From the NCBI GenBank assembly GCA_951406725.2, contig OX597814.1, positions 174,034,001 to 174,098,000 of the forward strand: 64,000 nucleotides of DNA, read 5' to 3'. Position numbers and translations under genes: made by a program. Position 1 is the stretch's first letter; every line of letters starts with the position of its first letter. Below the pieces are notes generated by a model that worked only from the letters and a program-made list of their open reading frames with translations, made no database searches and was not told where the DNA came from. Source of the DNA: Octopus vulgaris (Eukaryota). This document shows, piece after piece, positions 1-12,080 of this stretch.

Positions 1-469
1 CAGAAGACTGGTTCCCTTGACATCAGGATACCAGTGAACCTGTGTCACATGTCTAGGGGCCAACCCTCATCTTAGTCCTATATACTTTTGAAAGCGGGTC
101 ATATATTTGACCCATAACTAGGGCTCTTCACAGATATTACCACTCTGGGCTAAAACTGACAGAAGAGTAGTAATAACTAAGGGTAACTCTACACTCCCCA
201 AACTCCTAAAGTCTCAAGCTGGAACATCACTGCTGAATCCAATTTACTGTCTTGCCCAGCACAAAGTCCTTGAGTAGCAGCAGCAAAAACTAATGCGTTG
301 ATGACACATAAGTCAATCGTGATGAATGGTTATAAATCTTTCCTTTACATGGTTGATAGTCCTGTTTGCTGGATTCTCTACATATAAACAAACAAACAAA
401 TCTAAACTTAGTTATACATGAAGAAATTCAACTTGAATAAAGAAACAGAAGCAAGGACAGTTACAATAC

Positions 470-910
470 CAGAATGTATGAATGTTGACAGTTGCATACA
501 GAAGTGCTGATCACTTAAAGTGGATGGAAATTGTAGAAGGGGGAGACCCATGAAGACATGGGACAAAGTATTGAAGGCTGATCTCAAGACACTGAGTCTT
601 ACAAAGGAGATGATTAAGGACCGAGATATCTGGCACACTGCTGTACTTGAGAAGACCCATCCACCACAGCAGAATTGATATCAGTGCTTGTTCCACATAA
701 AAAGTACTCAATGCTGGCGGCATATTAAAAAGATTGGTGATGGTGCCACATAAAATGCACCCAGCACACTCTGTGGAGTGATTGGTGTTAGGAAGTGCAT
801 CTAGTTGTAAAAACCCTGCCAGGTACAGACAATGAAGCCTGGTATGACCCCTGGCCTTACCAGCTCTGGACAAGCTGTCCATCCCATGCCAGTATGGAAA
901 ATGGACATAT
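470..910 (+). mobile_element. Decayed 3' end of an RTE-type LINE (ORF C-terminus plus 3' UTR)
   Basis: Reads ...SLKVDGNCRRGRPMKTWDKVLKADLKTLSLTKEMIKDRDIWHTAV..., the RGRP..W..D..R..W motif of RTE C-termini, followed by the 3' UTR shared with copies at 13.7k, 15.6k, 21k, 30k and 53.7k. Confidence 0.75.
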
Positions 911-1720
911 TATTATTATTATTATAATGAAGAAGAAGAAAAAGGAACCATAACAACTAGATGCAGTGAATAGAATAGCCACAATTCCTACAATATAAAT
1001 GATAAATGTTGCCTGCATAGCATATCTTCAGGAGCATTGCTCTACATTATATTTCAATGGCCCATACTAACTCTTGTCAAAGTATAGCCAGAGACACAAT
1101 AACATATGAAGCTGTTCAACATACAAATAGCCACCCAATTCTACTCCTTCACTAAAAGATCTGTGTTACTCATATGAACATCTACTTGTCAGATATCAAC
1201 AATGCAAAAATTCTACAGAACTACAGTATATAACATCCTGTTTTTTTTTTATATCATCATCAACAAAGCAACCAGTTATTCATTATTGATGTGTTAAACA
1301 CATAACATTCTTTTCTGTCACAACAACAACGATTAATTGTTAATGCACTAAGTAATAGGTTTTAGGATAATATTAATGCACAGTGGTATTTATCTATTGT
1401 AATAGAACAAGTCTTAGCCAACACTGCATGCCTAATCAAATATCCTGGATATATGTAGACAATTGTTTATACAATTTCTTCATGGACAGAGGATGGAACC
1501 TGAAGAGCTGGTCCAAACAGAACCCAAATCAGTTGGGCTAATCCCTCTTTATTTCACCTGCTGTGAGATTATATAGATACTGTAAGCAAATTTTAGGGTG
1601 GAAGTGCTAAGCAGTGATGTGTATAAATACAAGGTTATTACTCCAAAATACTTGCATCTCACAGTCTGGGTAGGTGGTGCTGCGAGTTGATTTTGATGTG
1701 TTTACACCATTTTTCTACAG

Positions 1721-2053
1721 CAGGGGTTCTCAGCCATTTTTTATATATGGACCCTTTTGATTACTATTTTATTCTGCCCCCACCCCTCCATAGCTATTTA
1801 ATGTTTAAAAACTAGTTTTATTGATACTTCTTTCAAAATTATTGTTTTGTTATTCACACATTAACTTGTGTAGGTTAAACTATGTAACACATTAGAGAAA
1901 GAAACCTAGCTGTTTCTTGTCATATATACTAATACATTCATCTAAAGTAAAATTTTTTCATGGGCCCTTAAAATACTATTGTGGATGCCCAATTTACTAT
2001 TTTGTTGCATGGACCCCACAAAATCTTATATGGACCCCAGTTGAGAGCCACTG
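1721..2053 (+). mobile_element. hAT/Charlie-like MITE
   Basis: Termini CAGGGGTTCTCAGCC ... GTTGAGAGCCACTG; 8-bp flanks ttctacag/gtctaaag fit the NTCTAGAN-type target; related copies at ~17800-18132, ~31300-31576 and 51693-52533. Confidence 0.8.
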
Positions 2054-4129
2054 GTCTAAAGTGAGAAATTTTCTCCTTGACAAAACACAATGAATGGCTT
2101 TCTTATGGTTTCAACTATGCTCCAAGCATATTTGAACTGGTTAGGAAGGGCATCCAGCTGTAGAAACCCTGCCAGATTAGATTGGAGCCTGATGCAGCCA
2201 TCTGGTTTCCCAGTCCTCAGTCAAATTGTCCAACCCATGCTAGCATGGAAAGCGGACGTTAAATAATGATGATGATGATGATAAAGTTTGTGTGTATAGA
2301 TATTGGTTTCTATTTACATTTTATTACACAAATAGTGTCAACTAAGACAATTACTACTACAATAGATACACACTGTGGCAGATTTATGTTATATGAAAAT
2401 AAAAATAATAACAGTATATATAAAGGCGTACAGAAGTGAGTTAAAAATTTGAGGAATTACACCAATTCATCATTTGAAATAAAAAAGAAATTATGGCAGC
2501 TAAGGAGTATGTGTATCATCCCATTGTAATTAACACTACTGGAGGAAACCTCAACCATTTCTGTAAATATAGTGCCAAATTACCTATGAGGTGAGACATA
2601 GACACATTCCAGAAAATACTAAGTTATATGAGCTGTAGATATTAAGGCTTTCTCACACATGGCATTTATTAACCTTGAACATTTAATGTGTGTTTTCAAA
2701 GATGTAGCTAATTCTTTTTGAAGAAGGAAGACGCTTGATGTTATTTCTCAAACAAAGAAAAATAAAGATGATGATGATAATGATAATCCTTCTTATAACA
2801 GGTACAAGTCCTGAAATATTTGGAGAGGGAATTTAGTTCTTGACTGGTGCTTATTTCATCAACCTCAGAAGAACAAAAGGCAAAGCTGACCTAAGTGTAA
2901 TTTGAGCTCAGAACATAGACAAACAATATACTGCTAAGTATTTTGTCTGGCATGCTAATGATTCTGTCAGCTCACCACAATAATAATAATAACAACAACA
3001 ATAATAAATGTAAAAAAATAGCAACTCAAAAAGTTAATCCTTTTGAAAGCAACTACTTGAAACTGTCTCTGGTTCCGTAATACAAAACCCACTTTTTAAA
3101 GAGTGTATATAAGTGTTCCAAATTTAAATCCTCCTATAATAATTTTATTCATGGACATTTCATTATGTTCCAAATAGCAGCTTAGTAATAACTAATTTAT
3201 TTTACAAAAACTCTCCAAATTTTAATTATTTTCAAAATGAATTAATATGGTCGCAAAAAGAGATCACTATTATTCTAAAGAAATGTGTCTTGCCTATAAG
3301 ATAAGACTTTCTGATGTCAAGGATTATTTTCAAAGTAAGGATATCTTATCTAGTTACAAATCTAAATTCAAAAGAGAAGACATAGTCAGCCAAAACAACC
3401 ATTACTACTAGTTTTACAATGTTTTGCACATGTTAGGTCATCAGGTTACTGTTGAAGATTTCACTTGCTTGACATATTTAGAGAAAATCACACTCACATG
3501 TTTCATGAAGCTTAACAATGATGGAGATATTTCAACTGAATTCTACAAATCAATGAAATATTTACACAATGTGGCTGTGGTAGTAGCTTGCTTACCAACC
3601 ACATGGTTCTGGGTTCAGTCCCACTGCATAGCACCTTGGGCAAGTGTCTTCTACTATAGCCTTGGGCCAACCAAAGCCTTGTGAGTGGATTTGGTAGATG
3701 GAAAATGAAAGAAGCCCGTCGTATATATGTGAAAAAATATATATATATATGTGTGTGTCTGTGTTTGTCCCCCCAACATTGACAACCGATGCTGGTGTGT
3801 TTGCATCCCCGTAACTTAGCAGTTCGGCAAAAGAGACTGATAGAATAAGTACTAGGCTTACAAAGAATAAGTCCTGGGGTCAATTTGCCCGACTAAAGGT
3901 GGTGCTCCAGCATGGCCACAGTCAAATGACTGAAACTAGTAAAAGAGAGAGAGAATCTATATAGGCGTAGATGTGTCTGTGTGGTAAGAAGGCTTGCTTC
4001 CCAACCATATGGTTCTGGGTTCAGTCTTACTACGTGGCACCTTGGGCATGTGTCTCCTACTATAGCCTTGGGCTAACCAAAGCCTTGTGAGTGAATTTGG
4101 TAGAAGGAAACTGAAAGAAGCCCATCATG

Positions 4130-4166
<37 letters not shown>

Positions 4167-5229
4167 TTATGTCTGTGTTTGTCTTTACCTCCATCACTTG
4201 ACAACCGATGTTGGTGTGTTTATGTCCCCAAAACTAGTGGTTAGGCAAAAGAGACTGATAGAATAAGTACTAGGCTTACAAAGAATAAGTCCTGGGGTTG
4301 ATTTGTTCAACTAAAGGTGGTACTCCAGCATGGCCACAGTCAATTGGCTGAAACATGTAAAAGAGTAATGTCCCTCTTTTGTGTAACAGCGATGATACCT
4401 ATTTACAGTTAGCTGAATTGAGCCACCAGAAGCTAAATGTCCCTCTTGGAGAGGCAGCACAGATCTAACAACTTGCTACATTAAGTGTCAGGCATCTATC
4501 TTTTATCTTATACTTGTTTCAGTCATTATACTGTAGCCATGCCATAATTTTTTTATTTATTTCAAATGATGAATCTGTGTAATTCCTCAAATTTTTAACT
4601 CACTTCTGTACGCCTTTATATATACTGTTATTATTTTTATTTTCATATAACATAAATCTGCCACAGTGTGTATCTATTGTAGTAGTAAATGTCTTAGCTG
4701 ACATTATTTGTGTAATAAAATGTAAATAGAAACCAATATCTATACATACAAACTTCATTATCATCATCATCATCATACTAGCAAGGGTTGGACGATCTGA
4801 CAGAGGACTGGGAAACCAGATGGCTGCACCAGGCTCCAATCTAATCTGGCAGAATTTCTACAGCTGGATGCCCTTCCTAACCAGTTCGAATATGCTTGGG
4901 GCATAGTTGAACCCATAAGAAAGCCATTCATTGTGTTTTGTCAAGGAGAAAAATTTTCACTTTAGACCAGTGGCTCTCAACTGGGGTCCATGTAACAAAA
5001 TAGTAAATTGGGCATCCACAATAGTATTTTAAGGGCCCATGAAAATTTTTTACTTTAGATGCATGTATTAGTATATATGACAAGAAACAGCTAGGTTTCT
5101 TTCTCTAATGTTTTACATAGTTTAACCTACACAAATTAATTTTGAAAGAAGTATTAATGAAACTAGTTTTTAAAAATTAAATAGCTATGGAGGGGGGTGG
5201 GCCAAATAAAATAGTAATCAAAGGGGTCC
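1749..5229. repeat. Long inverted duplication: arms 1749-2498 and 4540-5229, ~2.0-kb spacer
   Basis: Arm 2 is the near-identical reverse complement of arm 1 across MITE, unique, LINE-tail and unique sequence (for example ggcgtacagaagtgagttaaaaatttgagg versus cctcaaatttttaactcacttctgtacgcc). Confidence 0.95.
3570..4365 (+). mobile_element. Two tandem copies of SINE family A (tRNA-like head, CORE-like CCTTGGGCAAGTG block, internal TA/TG microsatellite, CAGTCAAATGACTG tail)
   Basis: Copies at ~3570-3950 and ~3963-4365 align with each other and with 49507-49921 and 55458-55857. Confidence 0.85.
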
Positions 5230-5557
5230 TTGAATCGATCCCAGTACTTGATTTTGCTAAGTTACAGGGATGTAAGCACAGCAACACTGGTTGTCAAGAG
5301 GTAGTGGTGGTGGGACAGACACACATACACATACGTACACAAAAGGCTTCTTTTAGTTTCTGTCTACCAAATCCACTCACAAGGCTCTGGTCAGCCCAGG
5401 GCTATTAAGTACAAGATAGTCCAACCCATGCTAGCATGGAGAACGGACGTTAAACGATGATGATGATACTTGGCCGAGGTGCCATGCAGTGGGACTGAAC
5501 CCGGAACCATGTGGTTGAGAAGCAAGCTTCTTACCATACAGCTATGCCTGCACCTAT
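4500..5557 (-). mobile_element. SINE family A copy split by the inverted duplication
   Basis: Tail (tacttgtttcagtcat...gccatgc) at 4511-4542; the body resumes after 5229 and runs to the head near 5555. Confidence 0.75.
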
Positions 5558-6369
5558 GTAAGTGAAGATTGTTTTGCTGATGAGATCAGAATAAAACCAA
5601 AACATATCTGAAGTTGTCTATTGCTGGAAAAATAAAAATAGATATTTCTCATTTAGCACAATAGTCATTATTTTTTTACCTTTCTCTCACTGCATACATT
5701 ATTTTAGTTAGGTTTTTAAAGCTTCATTCATTAAAAACATTAATTGTATTTTAACTTGAGTTTAATTTACTGACCTCAGAGTAGTATTTTTCGTGCAGCT
5801 GGTGGGGCTGTAAGGATTGGAAAGGCCCTCCCTGATAAATTGCCATGTTTGATACAATCAAGGTGTTTAAACTTTTCCTAAGTCATGTCAATGAGTGCGA
5901 ACTTCATGGGTGTAAAGTATATTTTGTTTTCCCAATTAATAAAGAAGTGGAAGGCAGAGCAAAAAAAAAAATTCACTAATCTTTGTTGGGCATCTGGTAT
6001 TTGTCAGTTTGAGTATAACTGTCTGAGAAGAAGGGAAAAACATGAAAGGAATTGTCATCTCTGACAGAATTTAAACAAAGGTGTTTGAAGTAGATGCCAA
6101 AACATTGAGTGCTGTTCTATCACTCCATTCAACTCCCTTGCCATCTTTTAACCACAGAATGATTATTTCTTTTTTTCTTCTCTCTTCCCATCTCTATCTC
6201 TCTCTTCCTCTCCATTTCTCTCACTCTCACTCATTCTTTCTTAGATTCTGTCTTTCTTTGAGCAGTAAGTAGGGTGAGCATTTTTTAGAAAATAAGATAT
6301 TTGTGTGTTAAAGCTACCTGCTTGTTTTAAACATGAAGGAATGTTTAAAGAATTCTTGTAATTGTATTA

Positions 6370-6446
<77 letters not shown>

Positions 6447-7680
6447 TACACTCAGTGAACTACAATGTTGTTGCTATTGATGTTCTTTTATATTATTTGT
6501 AACTAAAACAATTGCTAGGAATGTCACATGTGTTTGAAAGTCTTTCAGTCTCCTATGGTTAATTACTATAATATCTTCTGTCTTGAATACAGTGTGTTAA
6601 AATGTTTTTGACTTGCTAGGTTGCTGGTAAGCCAATTAGATTTTTGTATACATTTTTATAAAAAAAACACAGTTAGGAATAATACATACAGATATAAAGC
6701 TTACACACATAATTAGTGTCAAGCATACATAGGAGAAATGAATAAAAACAGAAAATGCAATGAATGTAGCTGTGTCAAGGAGTCATTCATATTAACCATT
6801 TCAGAATGCACAATAACTGTTATCTTTTATCCTTTACTTGATTCATTCATTGGACTACGGCCATGTTGGGGCACCACCTTGAAGGGTCTTAGTAAGTTTG
6901 GTACTTATTCTATTGGCCTTTTGCTGAATCACAAAGTTATGGAGACATTATCAAGCCAACAAAGGTTACCAAGCAATGGGAAGGGTGAGAAACACAGAAA
7001 CACACACACCAACATATACATGTATGTGTGTATGTATGTACATTTTTGTATGTTTCTAGGATTAATACATTCTTCGTTGTCTCAATTCACCGTTCTGCTT
7101 CAAAAATAGAATATCACTGCCTGTTATGATGGCCTGTCAATAAAAATAATTGTTTCTAACATCAGTAAGGCAGGAAACAGTTGTTTAATTGAAGTGTGAA
7201 ATTTCTTCAGTGGCAGTAATGTGGTGGTGTAATAATTGACTGGGACTCATTTTATCAAAACTTGGCAAGATTTAAAGTCGATACTTTGTTTGGCAGTCTA
7301 ACAATTGTGGAACCTGCCATCATAACTATAGCAATTATATATGCAAATTTTCAGTAAAGACATAACTAAATTACTGCTTGCTAGATTTTGTGTCCCAAAG
7401 ACTAATTTCTACATGTGTTGAAAAGAATTATTTCTGCTTCTACAAATAAGGAGACTGGTACAGATTAGAGACTACAACACTTTTTTCTGCAAAATAGGGG
7501 TAGCTTATCCTGTTCAGGCTATATTATTAGCATTATCCTGTGTTTGAGAATCTAAAATCACTTCTAAAGCAAACTTCATTTGTTTATTTACGTTCATCGT
7601 AATTTGAATTTAATGTATGATAGCATCTCATAAAGTGAGATTTCTATATATCTTAAATTTGCGGTAGAATTTGTAATCTG

Positions 7681-7760
7681 GGTGGTTTAGCTTAATTGGT
7701 TCAGAGTACCGTGACGCGTAATCATGGAGGTGTGAGTTCGTGTCTTATAGCTGGCCACCA
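7681..7760 (+). pseudogene. Decayed tRNA-like sequence ending in CCA
   Basis: A-box TAGCTTAATTGG; D-stem GCTT/GAGT; anticodon stem CCGTGA/TCATGG; T-arm GTGAG-TTCGTGT-CTTAT; 3' end GGCC-A-CCA followed by a T6-7 run. Many G.T pairs and an imperfect acceptor stem. Confidence 0.55.
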
Positions 7761-7779
7761 ACACTTTTTTCTGCAAAAT

Positions 7780-8080
7780 CTATATCTATCCGCTCAGTTG
7801 AAGTCGACTCTCGGTTACTCGATGGATCAGTGTTCTCCAGCCAGTTCTATCCTGGGTCGCTTCTTTCAGATTGGCTATGGCCATTCCAGTGTCACTCTTA
7901 ATGGTGTCAAGCCAGCGGGTTCTTTGTCGGCCTCTTCCTCTCTTGCCACTGACCATTCCAAGCATGATGTCTTTCTCCAGGGATTTTCCCCAGGTCAGAG
8001 CCATTTAGCCAGCATATTTACCATATGCTGTTGCCACCCCCAGCACCATGGTGAGGAGAACAGTTGGACTTTGAAGAGGG
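7780..8080 (-). mobile_element. 5'-truncated BovB-like RTE LINE
   Basis: ORF end SLEKDIMLGMVSGKRGRGRQRTRWLDTIKSDTG...DRTGWRTLIHRVTESRLQLSG*, followed by a short (GATA)-like tail; 11-bp TSD TTCTGCAAAAT at 7769-7779 and 8081-8091. Confidence 0.9.
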
Positions 8081-8288
8081 TTCTGCAAAATAGGGGTAGC
8101 TTATCCTGTTCAGCTATATTATTAGCATCATCCTACGTTTGAGAATTTAAAATCACTTCTTTAACTTTCTAAAACATCTCAACGCCTCTAAATCAAACTT
8201 CGTTTGTTTGTTTACATTCATCGTAATTTGAATTTAGACTAAACTTTGATTTAATATATATTATCTCTCTCTTGTTTTATTTCTTTAG

Positions 8289-8414
8289 ATGCCTGAAGAG
8301 GAGGCATTTGCAGTGTTGGTAACACTGATGCAAGAATACCGCTTACGAGAACTTTTTAAACCCAGTATGGCAGAGCTGGGTTTGTGTATGTACCAATTAG
8401 AATGCATGATTCAG
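8289..8414 (+). CDS. EVI5: EVI5/EVI5L-like Rab GTPase-activating protein, internal coding exon A (TBC domain)
   Basis: Pyrimidine tract with ttctttag acceptor and CAG|gtaaac donor; 126 nt, phase 0/0; MPEEEAFAVLVTLMQEYRLRELFKPSMAELGLCMYQLECMIQ closely matches the vertebrate EVI5 TBC segment as I recall it. Confidence 0.95.
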
Positions 8415-8804
8415 GTAAACAAGAAAATGTTGGTTCTGTATGATATCTTGTATACATTCATGACACTCTTTGACGTTGTGTGACCCCCCCAATTATCAGA
8501 CTTAGTGATACAATATGGTTTGAAGAAGATTTGGTTATTTCATTAGCTCAAACAATTACAAAGAAGAGTCCTCATTAGCTCCTGTTAAATAAAATCTAAG
8601 AATTTGCAAGTTCAATAAGTTGGATTGTAATGGGGAGTGAAGAAGTCTGGCCTGTTTTGTTAATAAAAGTGGGTGAATGCATGTATTTGTTTGGGAAATG
8701 AATGCATATGTGCCAGCCTCTCTGTGTGGGTGTGTAAATCTTTGGTTTGAATTAAAAACAGAATGTCTAAAAATGTTAATCTATCTTCTCATTTTTTTTT
8801 AAAG

Positions 8805-8948
8805 GAACTACTACCAAATCTTCACATCCATTTCCAAACGCAAGGATTTCACACATCTATGTATGCATCCTCTTGGTTCCTGACATTATTTGCCACTAGC
8901 TTACCATTATCACTGGCTTGTCGAGTCATGGATCTGTTTATCTCCGAG
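8805..8948 (+). CDS. EVI5: EVI5-like coding exon B (TBC domain)
   Basis: tttttttttaaag acceptor and GAG|gtaata donor; 144 nt, phase 0/0; ELLPNLHIHFQTQGFHTSMYASSWFLTLFATSLPLSLACRVMDLFISE contains the TBC motif MYASSWFLTLF. Confidence 0.95.
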
Positions 8949-9159
8949 GTAATATTTACAGTTCGTTATCACATCTACACCTGTATCTTTACAGCCTGCA
9001 TTGGTTTGCAATGAATAATTTCAAGTTTACTCCTTAAGACACAATAAATTTTTCAATATAATTTAAATATCAATGTCTCTTCTAAATGTGAGTAGCTCTG
9101 CAGCTCCTCTACAAGAACCTACTCTGTTCCTCACCTTCTTTCATATATTGGTTTCACAT

Positions 9160-9615
9160 TTTGGCACAAGGCCAGGAATTTCGTGGGTGGAACTAGGACA
9201 ATTATATTGACCCCAGAATTCAACAGGTACACTTATTCTGTCAACCCCCAAAAGGATGAAAAGCAAAGTCAATCATATTTCTTTATTGCCCACAATATAA
9301 ACATATAGGAGACAAACAAGGACAGACAAAGGGATAAAGTCAAGTACATCGACCCCAGTGCATAACTGGTACTTAATTTATTGACCCCTGAAAGAATGAA
9401 AAGCAAAGTCGAACTTGGCAGAATTTGAACTCAGAACGTAACGGCAGACAAAATATCGCTGGGCATTTCGCCCAGCATGCTAATGTTTCTGCCAGCTCAC
9501 TGCCTTCAAAGCAAAGTCAATCATGGCAGAATTTGAACTCAGGACATAAAAGACAGACAAAATGCTGCAAAGCATTTTACCCGACAAGCTTATGATTCTG
9601 CCAGCTCGCCACCTT
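9160..9615 (-). mobile_element. SINE family B copy nested inside another family B copy
   Basis: Family B core (GTCGACTTTGCCTTTCATCC...AAGTACCAG, resembling the MetaSINE domain). The inner copy 9277-9507 is flanked by a 17-bp TSD AAAGCAAAGTCAATCAT (9260-9276, 9508-9524). Confidence 0.85.
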
Positions 9616-9900
9616 AATCCCTTCTCTCATATATTAACATCTCATTCCCTAACATGAAGCCGACTCCCAACTCACTCGAGGTTCTTAGTCTTGCAAGCTG
9701 CATGATGACCTCAGTAGTGCTGGTGATATGAAAAAACAGCCAGTATATGCTGTAAAATGAGTGGTGTTAGGAAAGGCATCCAACTGTAGAAACCATGCCA
9801 AAACAGACACTGGAGCACAAAGCAGTCCTTGGGCTCATCAGATCCTGTCAAACCACTTGACCTTTGCCTGTCTGGAACGTGTACTCTAAATGATGATGAT

Positions 9901-10160
9901 CAAAAAAAAAAAATGCGCCCTTTTTAAAGCCTAGCCAAGCTCGTGGGCCTGGTTTCCCGGTTTCAATGGCATATGTGCTCCCCAGCTGGACAGGACACCA
10001 ATCCATTGCAGTGTTACTCATTTTTGCCAGCTGAATGGACTGGAGCAACGTGAAATGAAGTGTTTTGCTCAAGAACACAACGCGTTGCCCGGTCCAGGAA
10101 TCGAAACCACAATCTTACGATCATGATGCTGACACCCTAACCACTAAGCCACGCGCCTAC
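9901..10160 (-). mobile_element. SINE family C (tRNA head, CORE-like TCTTGAGCAAAACACTT block, poly-T end)
   Basis: Box-like GGTTTCGATTCC and TGGCTTAGTGG on the minus strand; sits in the (GAT)n tail of an RTE 3' end with aaatgatgatgat/aaatgataatgat flanks; other copies at 18812-19072(-), 24338-24545(+) and ~50060-50200(-). Confidence 0.8.
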
Positions 10161-11287
10161 AAATGATAATGATGCCAGGGGAAAATAAAAATGATAATCT
10201 GCATATTATATTGAAACTATGAAAAATTAGATATTAACATGATTGTTTGTTATTTCGCTTTACATAGGTGGTCAAGAGTGAGTTTAAACGTTACTTTAAC
10301 ATTACAAAAGGAAGGTAACTGGGTATACCTGATTAACAAGTTCCGATTTTAGCATTCAATGTAAACAATTAACGAATAGAAAGCTATTCAATTGCTTACA
10401 TAATATCTCGAACAGACATTCTCCCCCACCACCTCAAATTTCTTTCCAAGGGTGGAGTTCAACAAAATTGTTAAAACATCAGACAAAATGCCTTGTATTT
10501 AGTTACGGCTCTTTATATTCGTAGTTAAAATTCTACCCAAGTCCTTTTTTTATTTCATGTCTCTCTTTTTCTTTTCCTTTCTTTTTTTTTAATCTTAAGG
10601 CTTTCATTCTTTCAGGTTGATATATATATAGCACCAGCAAAGTAGTGGATCGATGTAATCGACTAGCTAGCTTCCTACCCTAAATTTCTGGCCTTGTGCC
10701 TATATCAGAAATATTTATTATTACGTATTAAAGACGGCGAGGTGGCAGAATCGTTAGCACGCCTGCCAAAATGCTTTGCGGCATTTCATCCGTCTTCACA
10801 TACTGACTTCAAAATCCGTCGAGGTCGCAATAGAATAAATACCAGTTGAATACCGGGGTCGATGGAATCGACTTACCCACACCCCGAAATAACTGGCCCT
10901 GTCCCAAAATTTGAAATCACTTTTATGTATTAAATAAATAAGAAAAGGATTAAGCCTGATTCTCTCCCTTACATAAAATGACTGAATCAGTCACAACGGA
11001 TAATTGTTTCCAAAATTCTTTATACACTATAATTTACTGCAGATCGGTCTGTCACCTCAAGCCAACAGAAAATATTGTTTTATATGTAAATTCGATGTAA
11101 AAAAAGGAGTTGTTTCGTGTAAATAATATTCTTGGGAAAAGAAACATCAGTTTGTGTGATATATATTTTAAATTACTAATACGGTTAGTAATCCAACACC
11201 TTGTCATGCCTTTACGACTTATCTCCCTTAGATCTTAGCCGTTGTAACCATTGATGTATTTCTTGCCTTTAGAATTGTTACTCTGTT

Positions 11288-11536
11288 GTGTCTGAGGAGA
11301 GTCATTTTCTTTTTGTGCCTTATAATGTAACACACTCAGCCGTAAAATTTCCACATTTTTCTTATTTTTATCTTCCTAAAATTCTCGTTGCGTCTTGCAA
11401 CCTTTTGAAAACTATTGAAAAGGTTGCAAGACGCAACGAAAATTTTAGGAAGATAAAAATAAGAAAAAAGTGGAAATTTTACCGGTGAGCGAGTTACATT
11501 ATAAGGCACAAAAAGAAAATGACTCTCCCTAGACAC
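11288..11536. mobile_element. Foldback (palindromic) MITE-like element
   Basis: ~120-bp arms (gtgtctgaggagagtcattttc... / ...gaaaatgactctccctagacac) with only a ~10-nt loop near 11407-11418. Confidence 0.85.
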
Positions 11537-11990
11537 GAACTCAAATAAAGAATCTTGCAAACCAAATCCAAAAACGAAATAGAATTGTTACTCTTTTTGT
11601 CTTTACCTCGTCAGCTGAGCATAGATTTTGCAACGGTGATGAGAGAATCACTAAGTAGATGTTCAATATTGTACATTTCTACTCTCATAGAACATTATTC
11701 TGTTCTACTCTCAAAGAACATCATTCTGCACTACACACTTAACAAAACCACTACATTTTAGGCCTATCCTTCATACTTCAGTATTTCATATTTCTTTTAC
11801 CCCATAAAGTTGTCTTCAACAGTTACAATAAAAACAGCATTTGTAGCAATAGCTGCAATATTTTTTCCAAGACATGCACGAACATCGTATACATATCACT
11901 GAAGAAAAAATTTCTTTGTATGTTTTGCTCTGTTGTAATTAATCTATGAAGTTATGAATAATACAGAGAATTTTATTTTATTAATTGTAG

Positions 11991-12080
11991 GGTATGGAAA
12001 TTGTCTTTCGAATTGGGATGGCTATTCTTCAAATGAGCCAAGAAATATTGATGTCATTAGATATGGAAGGAATGTTGAAG
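11991..12080 (+). CDS. EVI5: EVI5-like coding exon C (end of TBC domain)
   Basis: ttaattgtag acceptor and AAG|gtaaaa donor; 90 nt, phase 0/0; GMEIVFRIGMAILQMSQEILMSLDMEGMLK. This frame is not shown in the ORF track. Confidence 0.93.

Larger units (their letters stand above)
7475..8236 (+). repeat. Local direct duplication (7475-7612 versus 7759-8236; second copy interrupted by an RTE insertion)
   Basis: caacactttttt...ctgcaaaataggggtagcttatcctgttcag...catcgtaatttgaattta occurs twice. Confidence 0.9.

Noticed and set aside
7696-8142. 148-aa plus-strand ORF
   Set aside because: It is the antisense frame of the RTE fragment plus flanking sequence and has no recognisable protein features.
8289-8483. 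64-aa ORF read as a complete gene starting at ATG 8289
   Set aside because: The ATG follows a splice acceptor and is an internal Met of the TBC domain; similarity stops at the GT donor at 8415.
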